In this document: piece by piece, positions 25,230-37,424 of the stretch
Layout: each line of letters starts with the position of its first letter
Numbering within the stretch: the first letter of the stretch is position 1
NCBI GenBank assembly: GCA_030141605.1
Contig: JAQGDQ010000088.1
Location: forward strand, 496,001-560,000
Direction of reading: 5' to 3'
Length of the DNA: 64,000 bases
Origin: Tubiluchus corallicola
Taxonomy: Eukaryota > Animalia > Priapulida
Position numbers and translations under genes: made by a program
The notes under the pieces: generated by a model
Databases searched by the model: none
What the model was told of the DNA's origin: nothing
What the model saw: only the letters and a program-made list of their open reading frames with translations

Positions 25230-26340
25230 TGAACTCAGGGGGTTGCGTGTTCGGCGGGATCGGGGATCGGCGGGTTCGGGGTTGGGGTTTGGGATTGATA
25301 TATGAGTTCGAAGTCGGGACTTCGAGATTTGCTATGAAATCGTCAGGATGGGATTCGTGGAGGGACCAAAAGTTCAGGATTGTTGTTCCCAAACCCATAT
25401 ATATATATATATATATATATTGTAATTATGTATGTTATATATATAACATCTTTTGTAATAAAACATAAACAAAATGTACAGTAATAAAATCACAATACAT
25501 ACAAATAATTGTGTATGTTCAGTCTTTGGAATGATGTTTTACAATAGTGTGAGATTGTTAGTAAATCATACATGTACTTGGATAAAAACATTGATGAAGC
25601 GACGTTTACCGACAATATAATTACCCGTAAATCCAGATAAAAATGACAGCGAAATTAATTCATTCTCTCTCCCACTTCCACACCCAATTTTAGCTCGAAT
25701 TTAAGCGTAATACAAATCTCTGCTCTAACCTATTCATATTTCGATAATTGCGATATGATTCACCCAGCCCGAGAGAGTGAGTGACTAAGAACCGTTAGTT
25801 GCTTGAGCGAATTTCAGATAGGAAAAATAAAGTAGCAGTGAGACAAAAATAACATAAAATATTTCCGTTAGACAGTCTCATTTTTTTACAAATGTAGTTT
25901 TCACATACTATTCCAAATTACACCCACCTTGGGTCAAGACTCATCGCGGATGTGAGTTCCCAGAATAAACTAGACGCATTCACAAATAACTGAATGCACT
26001 TTCTCTGTGTGTGCCGTGAACAAGGTTATTCGTAAAATGTTTAAAAAACAACGGAACTTTGACAATCACTGGATGCAGCCATAGTTAACAATATCTAAAT
26101 AAAAATGTTTTACCGCAAAATTTAAGCTGTAAATAACTAGGTAAATTTTCTGATGAACCGCCAAAAGTCCAAAACTAAAGTAAATATGTTGTTTTTTGTC
26201 AAATATTATATACTTTAATTTGGGGTTGGGATCGGTGTCAAGAGGTTCGGGAATGGGGTCGAGACAAGGCCGAATGTTCAGAACGGGGTTCGGGATTTGA
26301 GAAAAGTGCAGTATCGACGTTAGGGGATAGAGATCATGAT
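25230..26340 (+). repeat. Dispersed ~1.1-kb repeat with G-rich (GGGATC/GGGGTT) blocks at both ends
   Basis: An inverted copy lies at ~56040-57120, sharing the AAAACT(T)AAAGTAAA..TTGTTTTTT..TATACTT segment next to the G-rich block. Confidence 0.55.
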
Positions 26341-26743
26341 CTTCAAAGGTTCAAATGCTTTAAATACTCAGTCCACACTGCGAAGAGCCGGACACTGGCA
26401 CTCTGGCGGAGATTTTCTGTAAATCGACGGCATAACCGAAGAGAGGACATTTGACTGTGTACACTGCAGGGAGACCAAGACTGGACAAGAGCGGTCTGAA
26501 GTTAGTGCGAACAGTAACTTACATAGACAATTGAGATCTTGTTCGGACGAGATTTGGCATTGAAAAATCAGGCATTACAAAAAATATAATGATGTAGTTA
26601 AGAAATACAATGCAAGCACTACTTTGATAAGTCCTTATCGATGCTGCAAGCAAAAATAGCACAGTCATACTGTTGTAGCAGTGTGCCATATCTTAATAGA
26701 CATACCTCTTCATATGAAAGCAGGTATAAAATTTCTTACTTAC

Positions 26744-26912
26744 AAGGACTAGGCAGAAAAGTATAAACAGCGTGAAAGCCCTGATATTCAATCGTCTCAT
26801 CAGAATGAAAAATAAGCCACATATAACGGCCAGTAGAGTTGAGCCTTGGAGGAGGTGAGTCACCACAGAAATGACCCAGCAGAGGTGCGTAGCCCATCCT
26901 GCCGTCTCTGAC
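26744..26912 (-). CDS. Neto: Neto-like CUB1, C-terminal exon
   Basis: TTTCGCAG|GTC ... CTT|GTAAGT; VRDGRMGYAPLLGHFCGDSPPPRLNSTGRYMWLIFHSDETIEYQGFHAVYTF, matching Neto CUB1 motifs (VRDG..G, FCG, F.SD..IEY.GF.A.Y.F). Confidence 0.93.
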
Positions 26913-27291
26913 CTGCGAAATACAGTTATATTATTTGTTAAAGGTATGCATATATTTACTACACAATGAAAACGGTAACGACCAAATTACCATTAGTCAC
27001 TAATATCATGTTCTCGCTGTCTGAACCATACAATATGACAACTATATGCATTAACAGATTACGTGAACAGCTGCCACCATTTTCTTCACAAAGTAAGTGT
27101 AAACATAGTTTTACGATACCCATTAAGTTGTCAGTAACAGAATACCTAACTGAAAACGAAGGAATGTTTGCAACGTAACAGTGTAAAACCATACATTATT
27201 TTATTATAACGTCATGCAAACATTTTGACAAGTCTGTCTCTTCCCGCTTCTCTTTCTCTTTCTCCGTCTCTCTCTCTCTATCTTTTTCTGT

Positions 27292-27294
<3 letters not shown>

Positions 27295-27385
<91 letters not shown>
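27295..27385. repeat. (CA)n microsatellite preceded by a CT-rich tract
   Basis: Direct reading. Confidence 0.95.
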
Positions 27386-27387
<2 letters not shown>

Positions 27388-27548
27388 CTTTCTCTTTTTT
27401 TCTCTCTCCGAGCTTTTTTGTCTTTCTCCATCTCACTCCATCAGTCTTTCTGCGTTATTTCAAACAGCAATAAAACAATTCTAATTTTTATTTCATTTTT
27501 ATTATTTACATTTAGATTACCATGTACATGTGTGTGTATCCGGCTTAC

Positions 27549-27652
27549 CTCTAAAAAGTCGTAAGGGCACTGAAGTTGCTTAAGACTGGACGATTCAGCT
27601 TCAACGTGAAACTGATTCCTAAAGTCTAACTGAACTACCATGCTTGCAGGAG
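27549..27652 (-). CDS. Neto: Neto-like CUB1, middle exon
   Basis: TTTATTTGCAG|CT ... GAG|GTAAGC; (A)PASMVVQLDFRNQFHVEAESSSLKQLQCPYDFLE. Confidence 0.92.
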
Positions 27653-29209
27653 CTGCAAATAAACAACGTATTTATTTTATTTAATTTTACTTCGAGCTCG
27701 TCAAACACTATTTTGTAATTACATATAATAAGGAAAACAAAAATACACCATTTTTGATCGCAAGGCCCACCAGTTTACAATCCTTGAACTTGCTTCTAAA
27801 CAGGTGTCACCGAATAATGAGCATTATACAGTAACTATTCTAGCAATGTTTGTACGTTGATGTCGCTATAACTAAAATTTTAATTGAACTAATATAAGCT
27901 AGTGCATCTCTAACTAAAATCTTAATTTCTAAATTTAAAAGATAAGAAAGCCAAAAAGAGGGTTAAAAATTGTATTTAGTCGCGCTGAGTAACAATACTT
28001 TTTACAAAACGGGACTTTTGCTCGTTTTGAGCGAAATCTCATTACGTTACGAAAAGCGGTTATCAAGAAAATTTTCTATGTTGAGGTTTTGTGAAGAGCG
28101 CTTTCAAAGTAAAATACCGCAAATTTAATGCAGAGGCGGCACTCTATACATTATCAACAAGTTGTTTTATTGCCTTCAGTTACAAGCTAATAATAGTATG
28201 CCGCGATGTGAAAAACCGTGAAAACGCTGATGCTCACTTTTATACCATCACCCAAATTGACTAATTTCACAAACCATTAACCATTTCCAGAAATTCACAT
28301 CAGAGTAACACTAGTTAATAATTTCGAAATAGTCCACAGTTCATACTCACTAGATTATAATAAAGAGATCCTATTTAGTGCATGGAAAAAGAATTACTTT
28401 GTAGAACGTGATTGCATTAATTGGGGACACACTCGATAATTGCGAGATTATCTTCAAGTATTTGATTATTGGAAACGTTTAATTAACTTGTGCTTATAAC
28501 GCGGCTGCTAACAATGGATTCTTAGCTAAGCATGAATAGATTTAGATATTCGCAAGCGATTCTTGTGTAAATTTATTAGTCGTAACTGTCAAATAACTTC
28601 GCATCAATGGAAAGCATTTGCTGCGCTTCAGAAAGATGCAATTTCGCCAAACATCATATCGTTTCCCTACTGAGACTTATAATGGTGGATGATGGCGAAA
28701 TGGTGAATCTTTGCTCAGTTTGTAATGTACGGAGACCATTTGGTTCTTGCTAATGAACTGGCAGATAAGTACGCACTTTCTGAAGAGCAAATAATGTTAT
28801 TATTCCGCAGGGAATAATCTCCCAGTTCTTAAAATAAAATTATTTCTTATGGAAGCATTCTGACATTGGTAATTTGTTCGTCTTGGCAGCTCATAATCAC
28901 TTACAAAAGTGGAGGGTCATATTCGTTTACAATCCGCCTGGACACAGCAGTAATCTTTATCGGTGCGTTTTAATTGAGCATAAGAGAAAGCGAGGAATAA
29001 CGAGAACTTTCAGTTTGCAATAATGAATAAGTTTAATGAAATTTTGTCAAGCAATAGCATGTATACTGCAAGATGGAAGTTGCTAATCGATTTCGTTACA
29101 AAGTCAGAATAAAACGAAAAAAGTTGAAAATAAAACTATAAATAGTGGTGGCTGTATAAACTTATAATTAATCCAATTTTGATGATAAATTCCAAAAATT
29201 GAAAATGCG

Positions 29210-29579
29210 AAAAGTTGGAATACACTCTGAATTTCAACCAGGGACCTACCGCTTTCAAGGCAGACTCCTCAAGCCATCAGGGCACTGTATTATCAAGGCA
29301 GTCTCAACTTCATCTTTTAGGCCTATAACAGACCAACCATAGGTGGCCCGAAACTAAAATTTCAGGCTCAAAATTGGTCAAAAACAAAAATTAATCTGAT
29401 TGATTAGAATCACTCTAGTGTGACTGATCTAACACTGACAATGCATTTGGTTGGCCAGTTATAACTTATAAGGGATGAACATTGAACTGCCTTAATGACT
29501 GGCGAAATAACCTGGGAATGATTGTCCGCCTTGTATGCAGAAGGCCCTTGTCTCAAATCCAGGCTGTAATCCAACTTTT
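29210..29579. repeat. Inverted pair of degenerate tRNA-like units (palindromic element)
   Basis: 29210-29340 is an imperfect reverse complement of 29446-29579; each arm has an anticodon-like stem-loop, a T-arm/B-box and a TCCAACTTTT end. Confidence 0.65.
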
Positions 29580-32500
29580 GATGTTTCCTGTCTTTGAAGG
29601 TTTGTATTAGTTGTACGTTTGTATCATCAATCACAATAATCCTGGCATTAATTGTTCACTCACTTCGGACAGTGAGTTCAGTAAACCTAGATTCACCCAC
29701 CAGGCAGACCGAAGCCGTTTTACATCAGAACGTGTGCTACTTCGCCAGGCAAATAAAAAACTTCCATGAATAATTAACTTTGAATGCGCCGTGAAAATAT
29801 GACAATAATTCCGCCCAGTATATAGTTTGTAGAGCGAATTGGTTGGTTTTGCGCCTACAACTCTACGTTTCTACATTTGTAGTCTAGATTTAGAATACAT
29901 AGCAATCTGCTGGTAGCATAAAATTTAATCTATGCCACTCACAAATGAATGGATCTATAGCTTAGTAATTATTACGGATCAGAAATCTGTTTGCTTTATA
30001 CCTTGTTCAATCAACCTTGTCATTGCTAGGTAAAACTATTAAGACAGATTCTCAGTCCCTCACAAGAAGTGATTGTTTCACTACTTTTCTCAGGAGGTTC
30101 TTTTCCTAAAACTCACCGTCTTCATTAATGCGATCGTTTTCAAATTTTACAAGATCAATGCTATGTAAGGTAGATCTATTATGTGTCACTTACATAAAGT
30201 ACCTATTAATAAAATATGAAAAATATACTGGCGCCCTGGAGAATAGCTTGGTAAATATAAATGGAAGTCATTATTCATGGCTACCTTGTCAGCATTTTTT
30301 TGACAACTATATTATTATACTATTTGACATCAGCGCGTATTTAATTGTACAGTTTATGTTTAATGTAAGCTGCGTAATATCCAGTTATTTATTGAGTCTG
30401 CAAGAAAAATGATAGTTAGCATTATATAAAAAAGTAATTTGAACGGATGTAATGTGTAATGCACATCGTACAGCATACACCGTACAGCATATGTTGTGGA
30501 AAAAGAAAAAGAAAGGAAATTAACAGGGTTAACATGATATTGACCTCCCAGTATCTTGAACTTACATACAAAACTTTTTCGTTGGCGAACGCTAACTTGC
30601 AAGAAATTAAATTCTGAAGAAACAAATTCAGTTACAGCAGAATAAACACTCGCAAGTGTCAGAAACTGCAGCTCTACTTTTACGACTCTTCCAGATTCTT
30701 ATACAACACGCTCGAGCTTCTATGTTATTTTGAGGCATAATCCTGCGATTTTCATAATATTACTTTAGCAGCTTATTATATAGACTGAAAGCATATCTGA
30801 AAACTAGAACTGAAGTGCTGTCCACTTCAAGCCTAATCTGGAATGTTACATTTTGCGAGGACTCAAGATCCCAATACCATGGCACTTACTCATAGAAATC
30901 TTGCAAAATCAAGAATAGAAAAGTCTGAAGAGGATTCGGCCATGTTAACTGATAGTAACTGAGGCGCTGAAAATGTAAAGAAACGGTATTTCATTAATTA
31001 TTAGCTGCGTCTGGTATCTAGTGTTTCCTGTGATTGCAAGTCTTTCGCACCAAAGTAACTGCAGCAAACCTCAAGAAATTCAACTTGAAAGATGAACTTA
31101 ACGCACACGAAAACAGTCTTCATATATAAAACTTAAAAAATTCGTTAAATATTTAAATATCACTTACATGCTTGCGTAAGCAATTAATATTGGTAATGTA
31201 GGGTTTGCGTCAGCCGTAACGCTGTATAAAACTTGAACATTTAAACTCCCGCCACGACTGTAATTTAATGGTAAATCGTTTGAAATAAGTTTAGATAACA
31301 CTGGCTAAACTTTGAAGAAATAATCAAACAATTCGTAGCCCACTGTTCGCTATCTACGCAAAAGCTTAAATCACTTTATATTGTCAATAAGATAAATAGA
31401 TTGTGCATGGGTAAATCAGTGGTGCACATGGTGGGGTACACTGGGAATCATAGCATAGCGACGCAATGTTTTGGTGCGAATATTTTAAATTATTAAGAAT
31501 TTTCTTTTCTAATTACATAAGTCTTTCAAACAGATAAGAGTAATGCTATGTAAAACAATTTTGTACAGAAAGTTCTTTTGGATATACTTTAAAATTCCAT
31601 TTTCTCTCCTTTTAAACTGGTCATTAAGAATGTGAAGTAAAATGGAAGTGTAGGCGTTACATACTGGTACTAGTACCAACCAAAAATTTTCACCTTTTGC
31701 CGTAAACCAACTTCGTCATGCAAGCGGTTTTTGAGGGATCATGTCCTTATTCTTATTCATGTTCTTGTTTACATACTGAATATTTCTAGCACGAAAGTAA
31801 ATTGGCCAAGCTCTTAACTTTCATTAAAAACAAAATTGAATATTACAAATAGAGAAAATTTTTATTTAATGTTATTTAATAATCCAAAAATTTTTTTTAT
31901 AAAAAATGAATGTCTGGCGTTCTTTTTACCTACTACAGAAAATAAAAATCAATTGATACTAGACCGCGCTATCAGTATTATAGGCGAAAGCTATCTGTCA
32001 TGGACTGATAACAGTTTAATGTGTATGTCAATTCAGAAAATATAAAGAGGATAAAAAACCCAAAGAGCTATAACTGAAACTACGGATTCACTGTAGTAAA
32101 CCTGTCAATAGTTTCCTGCAAGGTTTTGTAATAGTATAACAGTTGTACTAAAATTTAATGGTCGCATCTGCTATAGTTTTTCAGCTTAACTTGATTAATA
32201 TTTAAAACTCATTACTCCAACAAAAACAAATGTAGTTAAGCATTATAAACTTATTAAACTGAAAAACGTGAGCAAGTAAAGAAAAGAGTGACAAAATGAA
32301 ATTAAAACAATTAATATGACAGCAAAATCACGTAAATGGGTATCTAGTATACGTTTTCTCACCAGAGAAGTAAGAAGAGGTTGAACTAGAATCGTGTAGG
32401 TATATTATAATGAAGGCCTACATCACAAATTCGTAGTTTATAGTCATACTGCGATTTTTTTTGAAAAAGGAAAGAAAGAAACCATAAGAGAAAAAAGCAA

Positions 32501-33890
32501 AGAAGGAAAAAGTGAAAGAATAAATGAGCGAGTGAATGAAAAAATGAATGATTTAACTAATGAAAAAATAATCAATCAGGTCCACTGTGTTCAGTGATTT
32601 TCCAATAAAATACTGTCTACACGTTTCGTACCCTATTGGGCTTCTAACCATTTTATTTAACAGGATCGCATATTAAGGAGACCCGAAGAGCCACGTTGAG
32701 AGAAATAATTAAATCGTGGGCTCTATCGTGACACCTATCATTTTTTCACGAATTTTTTATTTACAGTTTTTCTATACATTTTGACTTACAATAATCAATG
32801 TTTTGATTTGACTTTGCAGAGAACGAATTAACTTATTTTGCAGACCTATTACATTTGTCAAATTTAAATTTGTTTTCTCATCGGATTTAGTTATCCTTGT
32901 TCAGTTTCAGAGTTTATTGTTGAAAAAATTAGGCTTTATGATTATCATTTACTTGTTCTTTTTTCTTTAGCTTTTCGTAGTATTACAGTGACAGACATTT
33001 TACACGCCAGCTCGGGAAGAAAAGGAATCATGATCATACGGTTCATAAATTTAAGGCTAGGCTTCCGTAAGTCTTGTCAACAAACGTGTTTAAAAGACCT
33101 CGTTCAAATCTAATAGAAAACAATTTTTTACTAACTTAATCGTTCTTATAATTGCAGCATCTCTCCCACAGCCACGAATTAATATATCACGCACACGGAA
33201 TAAAATAATTCGTGGCCACGAATTATTAATTTTTCTCAATGTCGCCTTAAACTCCATAAATATTAGATACGTGGTTGAACATTGAATAATTTTCTTCCGA
33301 TAACTTCTATTTATTGCCTATAGTAAAGCTTAATAATTAATTTCATTTTACGTGTGGCCAAAACATGGGACATTTATAGTGAGTGACCTTACAGCATCAA
33401 TAACAGCAATGCGGGAATAAAAAAGCCTATGTTTGTAATATAGTATATAATACACAGCATATTGATACCTTCTTTCAAAAAATAGTGAAAAAAATTATTT
33501 TTCACATCGGTTTTTGAGATTATATTATCAAAAATAGTAGGCCTATTTGATTTACTTCACTTATATTAATTTAAAGTACTTGGGTAAGCTAATAAGTATA
33601 GGAAAGAACATATGTACTTAATTGAAGGAATTTTGGGGATAGAGCTCTGCCAAGATGACGAAAATGTTTTATGCTATCAGGCTGGCTGGCGATACGTGCA
33701 AGCGTTCTGTTATGTAGCTAGTAAATAGCATTTATATATCTGATTTCAAATGTCAGTGAAGATGGTTAAACTTAAAAAATGTGTTTTAGCCTGCTGAAGT
33801 GCAATTTCGACGTCAACACGTTAGACCTTTAACTTGTTACGCATTGTGCAAAAAAATTTCAAAAACGCTAAAAGATCATGTTGAAATTAC

Positions 33891-34067
33891 CTTCGATTAT
33901 TCGTACACAATCTGTGTTGTTGGGATAATTATGAGGATAATTGGGCGTGTAAAAAGCCTTCATTTCTGGGTTTCCTATTGTGAAGTTGTAACACTTAGAA
34001 GGTGTAAAACTTCTTGATGAGCGTCGCGTATCATCAGCTACAAGCTTCAAATGTTCTACCTTTTCAC
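33891..34067 (-). CDS. Neto: Neto-like exon: short pro-segment plus CUB1 N-terminus
   Basis: TATTTTCAG|GT ... AAG|GTAATT; EKVEHLKLVADDTRRSSRSFTPSKCYNFTIGNPEMKAFYTPNYPHNYPNNTDCVRIIE (CUB 'F.sPNYP..YP.N..C'). Confidence 0.92.
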
Positions 34068-35508
34068 CTGAAAATATAAAACAGTCTTCAATGATATTAT
34101 GCCATTTGCTTTGTTATTCTACCGTTGACAACGCGCGGACAGCAAATTGCATGCGTCAGTTTCTCAGGCAAGACGTCTACAAACAAGCGTGTTTATTTTC
34201 CGTTCCAAAGCGAACTTTGTATAATTACATATAAAATTGCTCAAAACCCTTCTTTTAAGCCAGGTCACGCGTTGTTTTTCCAAAACCTTGGCCACTTGTC
34301 ACAAAATACGATATGATATCTTCACAAGCAAACCAGCCCAACTTTAGTTCACGATTGATGTCGAGCAAAGTAGATTTTCAGTGAAGGAAATTGTAAGAAA
34401 CGTTATCTTTAATTTTTTCTTAAACATGCAATCAAAAAGGAAAGACTACGTTAAAAGGATTGTTCTTGCTATTAAAATGCAGTAAAGTGGAGACAGGCGA
34501 GTCAGTCACAGAAATGTAGCTGTCCTGGTTGTTGTGATATACACCTTGTTTTACTATAATATTGTCCTACACATTTTATTTCTGGTGAACGACATACTGT
34601 GGATTTTGTTTCAAAGAACACCAAAAAATCTTTTCACTGAGTCACAGAACATCTAAAACAACGTTCAATTCCATTTAATTTTTGCTGTATTCCGAGATCC
34701 TAAAGCATATGTGTAGATTCAAAATTTATCTACATGGATTTATTTCAAACTGCATTAAGTAAAACAAATTCGCTTACAACACATTAACTCAATTTACTGC
34801 CTCTCTTTTTTCAATTTCTTCTATTACAGAGTTCTGTGCTAACATCAGGCAGAGCGCATGAGCTAATAATGCTTCAGTTGTACTATTGTGATTGTACTTT
34901 TGCACGTGATTGTTATCGTTTTTCAGTTCAGCAATATAGTAATTATGGTAATCAGCATTTTTGACGCTTTTAACCTTTCTGCAAAAAGACCATCACAAAT
35001 TATAACTTGTAGCTCCTAGCAGACTCATTATAAAATCTGTCAAAAACACCGATATTCCAAAGCGAACTTTGTATAATTACATATAAAATTGCTCAAAACC
35101 CTTCTTTTAAGCCAGGTCACGCGTTGTTTTTCCAAAACCTTGGCCACTTGTCACAAAATACGATATGATATCTTCACAAGCAAACCAGCCCAACTTTAGT
35201 TCACGATTGATGTCGAGCAAAGTAGATTTTCAGTGAAGGAAATTGTAAGAAACGTTATCTTTAATTTTTTCTTAAACGTCAACTTTAAATCAAGATATTA
35301 CACCGCATTGCCCTGAAGCTAAGTTTTTTAGGCAAGTAATAAATCTAAGGAAATAAATAAGTGCCAAATAATAAATCTTTCGTCTATACATACAAATATA
35401 AAATATACGTTTACGAGTTATTAAATCCGCGTGCATTAAAAAAAGTATGTGCATATTTGTCAACTTACTACTTTATTGAACGAACATCTCATTGAGTTAA
35501 TGACATTA

Positions 35509-37424
35509 CATAGGCGTAAGGGAGGAAGTTTCACAAAGGAAGTAGAAGGAATTTGCCCTGAAAACTTTCTAATTTGCCCGAGCCTACATGCCTTCGAAAT
35601 AAGTGTATCATACTTATATAGGATATAAACTGACAAGATAAAAAACAAAACATTTATAGGGCCAGATTTAGATGAAGGGAATCACTCATCTTGTCAGATC
35701 CATGCGCAACTCCCACCGTGCATCGCCTAACCCAAATTCTCATGGCAAGAGAACGATGGAAATGCTTTTTAAACAAAGTCTAGGATAATTACCAGGTTTT
35801 AATGGAGAACCGCAATTTACAATTTTTTCTAATCGGAATTTCTATTCCAAATGATTTCTATTCCGTCTGATACAACAGCATTGTTAAATGTTGCAGTGAA
35901 CGCAAACGTTTACATAATGTTAGAATAAAGATTATGAAAAAACTTTTTGCAAAACTGATTTTTTCGGATATTTTCATTTTTCAAGCAGAAATTAGCAGAA
36001 TTATTTACAGAAATGAAATGTAGGTTTACTTTTCCATTCTTTAAAGCCTGATAGCTTACTTTTTCATACTTGTGCATTTCAAGTATTTTTTTAAATATTC
36101 AATATTAAATTTGAAAATTTTACAATTATTTACCCTGAAAATAAATAGCTTTTGCCAGTGGCGTCGTGCCATAGGGGCCCGGGGGGTGCCGGGCCCCCAA
36201 TTTTTTTAGAAAATGTCAAAAATTTGAAGGGCGTCAGCGGTTCGTAATGAGACCGGTAAGCAAATTTATTTCCGACTTTTTGACACGCGGCCAGCGCTCC
36301 ATAAATGCGAACAGTATGAGCATGAGTATGTGTTTACCTGAAAGTCAGGATGTAGTTAATTTGTTTGCCTGTAATCTATCTATTCAGGAGGCAGGCAGGA
36401 ACAGTTAACAAAGCAGCTCGTTGAGTAGCATTAGCGTCTTTGCACAAAAGACTGTTAGTTAACAAAACGGCTCAGTTAGCACTCGAGCTTCGTTCAGCAG
36501 TGTGTTATAATAGAGAATAAGTGAAATAATAGAGCAAAAACAATGCAAACATTGAAGTCATGTTGAGCTTGCCTAGTACCAGAGAGTCAGTTTGTCCAGC
36601 TAGCCTAGTACCAGAGAGTCGGTTTGGGAGATACCAATTGATGAGCCACGGCTCAGCCACCTCCTGATTGGACATTAACGACTCTTTGCTACTCCTTAGT
36701 GACTCTTTCCCACGAGTTTGCTGCATAAAAGGGCGTGATTTTGAGCACATTTCATCATTTTTCTGCTGCTAGGAAAATCTTTGCTAGTTTTCGCTGCGAT
36801 TTTAGCTATATTTCTTAAACGATGTCGAGGCAGTCCAATCTGACTTCATTTTTCAAGTCCAACCGTGTTCCCGACCCAGGTTCTACGGCGTCTGTATCTA
36901 CTGTAACGTCGATTCCAACAGAACGAATCCAAAAGGATGAGTACATCCGTCGAGGGCCATTGCGGGACGTAGTGGATGCATACCCAAAGACCAAAATGGG
37001 AGGAAAATCGAGATCATTTCAGGGTCAGTTGTTCAACGATAGGTCATGGTTGGAATACGTAAAGGATATTGATGCTCTGCGTCGTTGGTTCTGCGTCGGA
37101 TTCCTGACAGCTGATAAATACTTAATTAAATTTTAATTTAATTTTTAATTTTAATTAAGTTTCCGTTGCTATAGCTTTAAGTTAAATGCCATGTTAAATA
37201 AATCGTTTTTCTTGCACGCAAAATACTGTTTATTTTTTTTTCAAAATTAAATTTTCAAAATTTAAAATTAAAATTTAAACAGTTAAAATCCGCCATTATA
37301 GTCGGGCCCCCCCAATTTTTTTGGGTGCACGACGCCCCTGGCTTTTGCCTTAAAAATGTAAAATTTATTTGCTCTGGGAGGGTAACCGCCTCCCCGCTCA
37401 TGACTCCCGTCTCGTACGCCTATG
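35509..37424. mobile_element. Probable outer hAT-type MITE hosting a nested element
   Basis: Terminal CATAGGCGTA ... TACGCCTATG perfect 10-bp inverted repeat; TSD not clean. Confidence 0.5.
36156..37340 (+). mobile_element. Young internally deleted hAT transposon (ZMYM1-like/TTF zinc-finger transposase N-terminus, ORF 36822-37136)
   Basis: TIRs CAGTGGCGTCGTGC / GCACGACGCCCCTG; perfect 8-bp TSD GCTTTTGC (36148-36155, 37341-37348); ORF MSRQSNLTSFFK...YPKTKMGGKSRSFQ...SWLEYVKDIDA. Confidence 0.9.

Noticed and set aside
27196-27473. VC/HT-repeat ORFs (also 39705-40051, 47262-47450, 57177-57535)
   Set aside because: Translations of (CA)n, (GA)n and (AAT)n microsatellites.
29495-29575. Functional tRNA gene
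   Set aside because: Acceptor and D stems do not pair and the B-box is mutated; treated as a tRNA-derived repeat instead.
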